A DNA stretch of 12,769 nucleotides from Candidatus Bipolaricaulia bacterium. Its GTDB lineage: Bacteria; Bipolaricaulota; Bipolaricaulia; JBHIAT01. Below, piece after piece: positions 6,645-12,769 of the stretch. The notes below the pieces were generated by a model that saw only the letters and a list, made by a program, of their open reading frames with translations, had not been told where the DNA came from and did no database searches. The position numbers were made by a program, and so were the translations under genes. Each line of letters begins with the position of its first letter. Position 1 is the first letter of the stretch. The stretch covers positions 1 through 12,769 of the forward strand of contig JBHIAT010000105.1 of assembly GCA_046758705.1 (NCBI GenBank), given 5' to 3'.

Positions 6645-6996
6645 AAGCGATTGCCGCCTTAGAGCCCAGAAAAGTAGAGACCATCGACATAGACGAGCCC
6701 GAGTTGGGTCCTGAGGACGTGCTGTCCGTTGTCGATGAACTGACCGGTGGTGAAGGTGTCAACGTGGCGGTCGAAGCCGTCGGCCTGCCTGAGACATTTC
6801 GATTGGCTGTGGATGTCGTCGCGTTTGCCGGACGGGTCATATACATTCTGTGATCGAGATGCTGGAACAGCAGCAAGGACCTTTTATGGACATGGTGACT
6901 GAGATATACCCTTTTGATAAAACCACACAGGCATTCCGTGACTGGGATGCCGCACCTGGCAAGTTTGCCAAAATATTGATTGACCTGAAAGCTTGA
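6641..6996 (+). pseudogene. Remnant of a Zn-dependent MDR dehydrogenase (L-galactonate 5-dehydrogenase-like) with two internal deletions and a frameshift
   Basis: ATGA overlap with the lactonase stop. The MDR N-terminus MKAIAALEPRKVETIDIDEPELGPEDVL joins directly to the late Rossmann segment SVVDELTGGEGVNVAVEAVGLPETFRLAVDVVAFAGRVIYI, which stops at 6851-6853. The C-terminus VIEMLEQQQGPFMDMVTEIYPFDKTTQAFRDWDAAPGKFAKILIDLKA* follows in another frame (6850-6996). The CGSD, GHE, GxGxxG and GSR segments are absent. Confidence 0.85.
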
Positions 6997-7020
6997 TCGA
7001 GAAACGGCGCTAACGCTGCC

Positions 7021-8268
7021 TCACGCACCCGGATATCCGCTACCGGAGCCCTCAGCGCGGCCTCGCTCTTCGGCGACTTTGGCCGGATAGTCGCTGGCAC
7101 GATAAGCAGCAATAAGATCGGGATGTAGCCCCATCTCAATCCGGACCTGGGTCAGCAACGGGCGAACGTCGGTCTCGTAGGCATCGGTCAGCACGCGATG
7201 AGCCCCTAACACATCTTTTTCAGCACGCCGCTCGGCCAAGGCCATCCGGTCTACCAGCAGAGCTTTGGCATAGGCCACCTGGCAATTGAGCACGGATTGT
7301 AACATTGCCTCAAGTTTGGGTTCGATGTTGTGGCTCTGGTCGATCATGTAAGCGACATTCTTCGCACAGGTCGACACCGAGTCGTCACGATCGTTCTCGG
7401 CATCGATCAATTCGTTGTAAATCAAAAAGAGCTCAAACGGGTTGATCGACCCCACGATTAAATCGTCATCAGCGTATTTGCGGTTGTTGAAGTGGAAGCC
7501 GCCCAGCAACCTCTCATCCAGCAAAAACGCCACGATATGTTCGATGTTTGTCCCGTGGGCGTGATGACCGGTATCCACCAGCACCATCGCTTTGGGACCC
7601 AGTTTACGGGCCAGGGTGGCCGCCATGCCCCAGTCGGCCAAATCGGTGTGATAGAAGGCGGGCTCAAAGAATTTGTACTCAACCAACATGCGGCCATTTT
7701 CGGGAAGCGCTGCATACACTTCGCTGAGCCCAGCCTCCATGCGACGCTTGCGTGCCCGGATGCTGTCCTGACCGGCGAAGTTGGTGCCGTCGGCAAACCA
7801 CAGGCTCAGGTCTGTGGAGCCGGTTTGTTTCATGATTTCGATGCATTCCAGCATGTGATCTATGGCCTGTTGGCGAACGTCGGCGTCGGAATGGCAAACG
7901 GAGCCGAACTTGTAAACGTCGTCCTGGAAAACGTTGGGGTTGATGGCTCCGATGTTTACCCCCTGTTCGGCAGCGTACTGGTTGAGCGCAGTCCAATCAT
8001 CCACTTTGTCCCAGGGAATGTGTAGCGCCACCGAAGGCGCGATGCCGGTCAGCCGGTGGATGAAGGCGGCGTCGGCCAGCTTCTCGTAGGCGTTCCGGGC
8101 AGCACCGGGCCACGGAAAAACTTTGAAACGAGTCCCGCTGTTGCCATAGCCCCAACTGGGCGTCTCGATCCGCTGGGCTTTCAACGCTTCCTTCACGGAA
8201 TTCACGTCAATGCCTTGGGCTTCCAGAGTTTCTTTCAAAACTTCGTAGGCCGTATGGTGGTCGTTCAT
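7021..8268 (-). CDS. rhaI: L-rhamnose isomerase, RhaI (xylose-isomerase-like, actinobacterial/P. stutzeri) type
   Basis: Motifs [71 protein letters not shown] and MIDQSHN. Confidence 0.92.
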   Translation of the reverse strand: MNDHHTAYEVLKETLEAQGIDVNSVKEALKAQRIETPSWGYGNSGTRFKVFPWPGAARNAYEKLADAAFIHRLTGIAPSVALHIPWDKVDDWTALNQYAAEQGVNIGAINPNVFQDDVYKFGSVCHSDADVRQQAIDHMLECIEIMKQTGSTDLSLWFADGTNFAGQDSIRARKRRMEAGLSEVYAALPENGRMLVEYKFFEPAFYHTDLADWGMAATLARKLGPKAMVLVDTGHHAHGTNIEHIVAFLLDERLLGGFHFNNRKYADDDLIVGSINPFELFLIYNELIDAENDRDDSVSTCAKNVAYMIDQSHNIEPKLEAMLQSVLNCQVAYAKALLVDRMALAERRAEKDVLGAHRVLTDAYETDVRPLLTQVRIEMGLHPDLIAAYRASDYPAKVAEERGRAEGSGSGYPGA

Positions 8269-8283
8269 CGCAATCGACTCTCT

Positions 8284-9765
8284 CTAGTGCAAAAGGTCCT
8301 TAAACCGAGCAAACGCCTCTTCCCAGGCGGCCCTGGGACCGGGCTCAAACTGTCCCTGGTCGACCGAGGCTGCGATGGCCTGGCGACCGGTGGAAACGTC
8401 CGGCAGGTGGCCGGTGGCAATCGCCTGTAACATGACGTTGCCCAGGGCGGTGGCTTCCACCGGGCCGGTCACCACCAGCCGCTGGCAGGCATCGGCCGTA
8501 AATTGGGACAGCAGACGGTTCTGGCTGCCGCCTCCGGCGATGCGAATGGTCTCCAGTCGGCGACCGATCAGCGTTTCCAGAGCATCCAGCACCCAACGAT
8601 ATTTCAGGGCCAAGCTTTCCAGGCAGCAGCGGACGACGGCACCCACACTCGCCGGTTCGGGCTGGCCGGTGCGCCGACAGTAAACCCGAATGGCAGCGGG
8701 CATATCGCCGAGGCTGAGAAAGTCGTCAGCGTCAGGGTCTACCAGACTACGGAACGGCTCGGCCTGCTCAGCCAGGGCCAACAGCTCATCCCAGCTGTAG
8801 TCATCGTCTTCCCGTTGCCACTGGCGTCGACTCTCCTGAAGCAGCCACAGACCAGCAACATTCTTCAACAGGCGGATGGTGTTGGCCACGCCTCCCTCAT
8901 TGGTGAAGTTGAGGGCCAGCGTCTGATCGTTGATGATCGGTTCCGGGATCTCCACACCCATCAGGCTCCAGCTGCCACTGCTGATGTAGACGCTGTGCAC
9001 GTCCAGACCGGGGATGGCGGCCACGGCACTAGCGGTGTCGTGACTGCCAGGGGCGATGACAGGCACAGGTTGATGCAAACCCACTTCGTCCATCACCTCA
9101 GGCCGCAGGTTGCCCAAGACGGTTCCGGGGGCGACAATCGGTGGCAAAATGTGGGTAGGCATACCCAGTTGGGTCAGCAAATCGGTGGCCCAGCGCCGCT
9201 CCCGGCTGTGAAACATCTGACTGGTCGTGGCCTCGGTGTATTCAACTGCTTTGCGATCGGTCAGCCAGTAATGAAACAGATCTGGCATCATCAACAGAGT
9301 GTCAGCGACGTCCAGTTGGGGATCGTCGGCCTGGAGCATGCTGAACAGCTGGAACAGTGTGTTGATCTGCATGAACTGAATGCCGGTCTGTTCAAAGATG
9401 TGGCGACGCGGCACCCGCTGGAAGGCCAGCTCCGGCATACCGTCGGTGCGCGAGTCCCGGTAGTGGTACGGATTGCCCAGCAGTTGACCGGTTGCATCCA
9501 GCAGGGCGAAGTCTACACCCCAGGTGTCCACGCCAACACCGGCCAACGGGCTGTCGAACTGGGCGGCGTAACGGGCCAGGCCGACTTTGATCTCCGCCCA
9601 TAGACGCAACGCGTCCCAGTGCAGATGGCCCAGCAGGTTCACGGGTCCGTTGGTGAAGCGATGCAGCTTGTTCAGATCGAAGCGGGTGCCGTCCCAGCGG
9701 CTCAGCAACACCCGTCCGTTGGAAGAGCCCAAATCTACAGCAAGGAAGTTAATCGTCTCGTTCAT
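8284..9765 (-). CDS. rhaB: Rhamnulokinase (FGGY family)
   Basis: Motifs [65 protein letters not shown] and [10 protein letters not shown]. Confidence 0.92.
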   Translation of the reverse strand: MNETINFLAVDLGSSNGRVLLSRWDGTRFDLNKLHRFTNGPVNLLGHLHWDALRLWAEIKVGLARYAAQFDSPLAGVGVDTWGVDFALLDATGQLLGNPYHYRDSRTDGMPELAFQRVPRRHIFEQTGIQFMQINTLFQLFSMLQADDPQLDVADTLLMMPDLFHYWLTDRKAVEYTEATTSQMFHSRERRWATDLLTQLGMPTHILPPIVAPGTVLGNLRPEVMDEVGLHQPVPVIAPGSHDTASAVAAIPGLDVHSVYISSGSWSLMGVEIPEPIINDQTLALNFTNEGGVANTIRLLKNVAGLWLLQESRRQWQREDDDYSWDELLALAEQAEPFRSLVDPDADDFLSLGDMPAAIRVYCRRTGQPEPASVGAVVRCCLESLALKYRWVLDALETLIGRRLETIRIAGGGSQNRLLSQFTADACQRLVVTGPVEATALGNVMLQAIATGHLPDVSTGRQAIAASVDQGQFEPGPRAAWEEAFARFKDLLH

Positions 9766-10552
9766 GATGTTGCTCAGTCAATTGGCGGCGGCGGTACTCC
9801 TCGTCCAGGCGGCTGTCAATGCGCTTTACCTCGCTTTCCGGCAGAAAATGGGGTCCGCCTAAGGCGTAAGCACCCTGCAGAACCTTGGCCCATTTGTCGG
9901 TCATCAGGGTAATGTTCAACACCTCTTGGGCGGTGTTCCCCAGGGCGACCAACCCGTGATTGACCATCAACAGTACTTTCGGCGTGCGACCGTGAACATC
10001 TTGATAACGGCGCAGCTCATCCCGTACGGCCCGGGCCAGGGGAAAGCCGGGATCGACGTAGGGGACAACCGCCGGTGTCTTACCGCAGATGACGATGGCG
10101 TCTGGGAAGATGTGGTGTAAGAACGGCTCAGCGCCCAGAGGGTTACACAAAATTTGATTGACGGATACGGGGTGGGTGTGACCCACCCAGCGGGCGCCTC
10201 CCTCCATCAGGCATAGCGCGTGCAGGAAAGCCTCCACGGAGGGTTGACGTTGATTGTCGTCCGCCAATACACTGCGCAGCCCAGCGGCTACCTGGGCATC
10301 GCTCAGGTGATCGGCAACCAACAACTCCATCACCGCTGCCAGACACACTCGGCTGAAGCCGGCGGCATCGATGTCCCCCAGTTGACTGCCGGACGCTTTG
10401 ACCCAGAAGGTGTCGTCACCACAGTCAGCACTGGTGTTGCCCTCTCCCAGGATGGCCAGCTGCCGATCCTCCCGACCCAATTCCCGAGACAGGTGAATTA
10501 ATTCATGCAGAACCGTGTCCGCATCTCCTGTTTCCTGCTTCCTTCCTTTCAT
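9749..10552 (-). CDS. Stand-alone class II aldolase/adducin-family protein
   Basis: Motifs [27 protein letters not shown] and [11 protein letters not shown] (Zn-binding His residues). It overlaps rhaEW by 4 nt (ATGA) and rhaB by 17 nt. Confidence 0.88.
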   Translation of the reverse strand: MKGRKQETGDADTVLHELIHLSRELGREDRQLAILGEGNTSADCGDDTFWVKASGSQLGDIDAAGFSRVCLAAVMELLVADHLSDAQVAAGLRSVLADDNQRQPSVEAFLHALCLMEGGARWVGHTHPVSVNQILCNPLGAEPFLHHIFPDAIVICGKTPAVVPYVDPGFPLARAVRDELRRYQDVHGRTPKVLLMVNHGLVALGNTAQEVLNITLMTDKWAKVLQGAYALGGPHFLPESEVKRIDSRLDEEYRRRQLTEQHHERDD

Positions 10553-12612
10553 CTCAGGTACGCTGTGCTGACACCGCCGTCCACCGTCAACGCACCGCCG
10601 GTCGTGCGACTAGCCCGAGGTCCGGCCAGGAAGCTGATCGCTTCGGCGACGTGCTCCGGATAGACGCTGACCTTGAGCACACTGCGTTGGCGGTAGTACT
10701 CCTCCAACTCCTCGACTTTGAACCCGTAACTGGCGGCCCGAGCCTGGCGCCAAGCCGTATCCCAGATGCCGCTGTCCTTCAACACCGCGTCGGGTAACAC
10801 CGAGTTGACCCGAATGTCGAAATCGCCGCCCTCCTCGGCCAGACAGCGGGCCATGTGCAGCTCGGCAGCTTTGGCGGCAGCGTAGATCGCGGCGTTCTTC
10901 CCAGCGGCAATGCTGTTCTTGCTGGCCACGTAGATGAGGCTGCCACCTATCTTCTGGGCCTTCCAGATCCGGAACGCCTCTCGACTGACCAGGTAGTAAC
11001 CCTTGGTCAGAATGTCCATCGTGCGATTCCAGTCGGTTAGGTCGGTCTCATCGATGGGTGCACTGATGGCGATGCCCGCGTTGCTCACCACCACATCCAT
11101 CCCACCGTAAGCCAACACCACCTGGGCGTAGGCCTGATCCACAGCAGCTTCGTCGGTCACGTCACAGTGGAGCGCCAAGCCTCGGCGAAAGCCGTGTCCT
11201 TCGGTCAGCTCATCCGCCACCTGCTGTGCGTCATCTAGATTGATGTCGAAGATGACCACATGGGCGCCGTCCTCGGCGAGTCGACGGGCGGTGGCCCGGC
11301 CAATGCCGCTGGCACCCCCGGTCACCACGACCACCCAGCCAGCTAGCTCCCGAGGCGGCGGCTTTAAACTCAGCTTGTAGAGTTCCAACGGCCAGTACTC
11401 GATATCGTAGGTCTCCTGCGGACTCAGGCTGGTGAACTCACTGAGGATCTGACTACCCTCCATCACCTGGATAGCCCGGTGATAGAGTTGACAACTGACA
11501 TCGGCAGCCTGGGCGTCGGCGCCACCGGTGATCACACCCAGACCAGGGATCAGGATCACCCGAGGATAAGGGTCGCGCATGCGGTCGCCTGGGTGGCTGT
11601 ACTCCTCGAAGTACGCCGTATAGTTAGCAACGTAGGTCTCCACGCCGGCGGCCAGTTGGGCAGACAGGGTTTCAACTCCTTCCGCTGGGGTCCAGTCGAT
11701 GAACAGCGGTTGCCGTTTGGTGTGCACTAGGTGATCCGGACAGGCCGCACCGATCTGGGACAGGGATCCAGCATCCTCGCTACTTACAAAGGCGAGCACC
11801 TCCGGGCTGTCGTCAACCTGTAGAACGGCCGGACGTTGCTCACTCACGGAACCGCGCAGCTGTGGCAGGATCTGACCGAAAATTTGTCGACGCTGATCGG
11901 GGGGCAACGGTGGCACCGCCGTGCCCGCAAAGATCTTACGTCCTTGGCGTCGGCTCTCGATGAAGTCCTCGACCTCCTGGATGACCTCAATGGTGTGGTC
12001 GTAGCATGTCCGGCTGGTCTCCCCCCAGGTGACCAATCCGTGCTTGCCCATCACCACCAGTTCGGCCTTGGGGTTGGCCCGGATGCCCTCACCGATCCAT
12101 TTGCTGAGGGTGAAGCCGGGGCGGATATAGCCTACCCACACGGCTCGATCTCCCCACAACTCCTGACACAACTCCTGCCCATTGACGGCGCAGGCCAGAC
12201 TGATGACGGCGTCGGGATGGGTGTGGTCCACGTGTTTGGCGGGGACGAACGCATGAAGCAGGGTCTCAATAGACTGGCGGGGCCGGTCAAGGGCATAGAT
12301 GCAGTGGGCCAGGTAGTCCACCATCTCCTCGTCGCTCATGGCGTCCCGTTCTATCAGTGGCAGGATCTCAGCCAGGCGCAGACCGGCGAAGCCCCCCTCG
12401 GTGATAGTGACTACGTCGCTGCCGGAGCCTTTGATCCACAGCACCTCCACCGGCTGACCCAGGTGATCCACCTCCGTCAGTTTGACGCTGGTGTTGCCAC
12501 CGTAGATGTTGACCACACTGCGATCCTGACCCAACAAGTTGCTGCGATAGACCAGACCGTCCAGCTCCGGTCGTTGATTGGCTTCATCGTCGTTCCAAAG
12601 ATTTTGAGGCAT
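10549..12612 (-). CDS. rhaEW: Bifunctional rhamnulose-1-phosphate aldolase / short-chain dehydrogenase (RhaEW / fused RhaD type)
   Basis: N-terminal class II aldolase ([43 protein letters not shown]) fused to an SDR ([30 protein letters not shown]). RBS AGGAG lies 6 nt before ATG 12612, favouring it over the TTG at 12618. Confidence 0.92.
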   Translation of the reverse strand: MPQNLWNDDEANQRPELDGLVYRSNLLGQDRSVVNIYGGNTSVKLTEVDHLGQPVEVLWIKGSGSDVVTITEGGFAGLRLAEILPLIERDAMSDEEMVDYLAHCIYALDRPRQSIETLLHAFVPAKHVDHTHPDAVISLACAVNGQELCQELWGDRAVWVGYIRPGFTLSKWIGEGIRANPKAELVVMGKHGLVTWGETSRTCYDHTIEVIQEVEDFIESRRQGRKIFAGTAVPPLPPDQRRQIFGQILPQLRGSVSEQRPAVLQVDDSPEVLAFVSSEDAGSLSQIGAACPDHLVHTKRQPLFIDWTPAEGVETLSAQLAAGVETYVANYTAYFEEYSHPGDRMRDPYPRVILIPGLGVITGGADAQAADVSCQLYHRAIQVMEGSQILSEFTSLSPQETYDIEYWPLELYKLSLKPPPRELAGWVVVVTGGASGIGRATARRLAEDGAHVVIFDINLDDAQQVADELTEGHGFRRGLALHCDVTDEAAVDQAYAQVVLAYGGMDVVVSNAGIAISAPIDETDLTDWNRTMDILTKGYYLVSREAFRIWKAQKIGGSLIYVASKNSIAAGKNAAIYAAAKAAELHMARCLAEEGGDFDIRVNSVLPDAVLKDSGIWDTAWRQARAASYGFKVEELEEYYRQRSVLKVSVYPEHVAEAISFLAGPRASRTTGGALTVDGGVSTAYLR

Positions 12613-12630
12613 GGTCAACTCCTATTCACC

Positions 12631-12644
12631 CCCTGGTAACAGGG
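12631..12644. repeat. Inverted repeat CCCTG-N4-CAGGG overlapping the predicted -10/+1 of the rha promoter
   Basis: CCCTG (12631-12635), GTAA, CAGGG (12640-12644). Confidence 0.5.
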
Positions 12645-12670
12645 TAGATTCTCCCAACCTTTATTGTCAA
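12641..12670 (-). promoter_or_regulatory. Candidate sigma70 promoter of the rha operon
   Basis: On the minus strand: TTGACA (12670-12665), an 18-nt spacer and TACCCT (12646-12641, TAnnnT). Confidence 0.5.
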
Positions 12671-12769
12671 TAGGCTCTCTTAAAGGATTTGCATAGCGGA
12701 TCGATGGGAGTTATCTATATAAAAACCGGGAAGAGGATTTCCGTTTGACATAACCGGCCCATAGCAGAC

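Noticed and set aside
6608..6853. 81-aa ORF as an intact small protein starting at TTG 6608
   Set aside because: The real start is ATG 6641 (ATGA overlap), and the product is a fusion of dehydrogenase fragments, treated here as a pseudogene.
6844..6856. Programmed frameshift restoring the dehydrogenase
   Set aside because: There is no slippery sequence, conserved residues are missing at the junction, and the catalytic domain is deleted anyway.
6837..7139. 100-aa minus-strand ORF with a hydrophobic N-terminus
   Set aside because: It overlaps the rhaI 3' end out of frame and the pseudogene C-terminus on the opposite strand. Those two features explain the sequence better.
8503..9603. 366-aa ORF on the + strand
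   Set aside because: It lies entirely antisense to the clearly recognisable rhaB and has no motifs. It is a typical shadow ORF of GC-rich codon usage.
11836..12639. 267-aa ORF on the + strand
   Set aside because: Antisense shadow of rhaEW with no RBS or family motif.
1..12769. CRISPR arrays, IS elements, tRNA/rRNA, riboswitches, HIP1 (GCGATCGC) repeats
   Set aside because: No repeat-spacer pattern, transposase, terminal inverted repeats or structured-RNA signature was seen, intergenic gaps are short, and the full HIP1 octamer was not found.

Overview
Bacterial, moderately GC-rich sugar-catabolism region with two convergent blocks. On the + strand are a YgfZ/GcvT-family folate-binding protein (possibly 5'-truncated) and a CUT1 sugar ABC importer (binding protein plus two unusually long permeases, no ATPase). 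These are followed by an aldo/keto reductase resembling L-galactose dehydrogenase, an amidohydrolase-family sugar lactonase, and a doubly deleted remnant of a Zn-dependent (L-galactonate-type) dehydrogenase that the ORF track captures only partly. On the - strand is a phosphorylative L-rhamnose operon: rhaEW-type aldolase/SDR fusion, a second stand-alone class II aldolase, rhaB and rhaI. The intergenic DNA shows sigma70-type promoters, two of which place the predicted +1 on an ATG (candidate leaderless transcripts, one a 9-codon uORF). It also holds a 10-bp tandem repeat with LacI-like cores, a CCCTG-N4/5-CAGGG palindrome upstream of both blocks, and a 14-bp stem-loop after the binding-protein gene. 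No RNA genes, CRISPR arrays or mobile elements were seen. All family assignments come from recognising motifs by eye, not from database searches.
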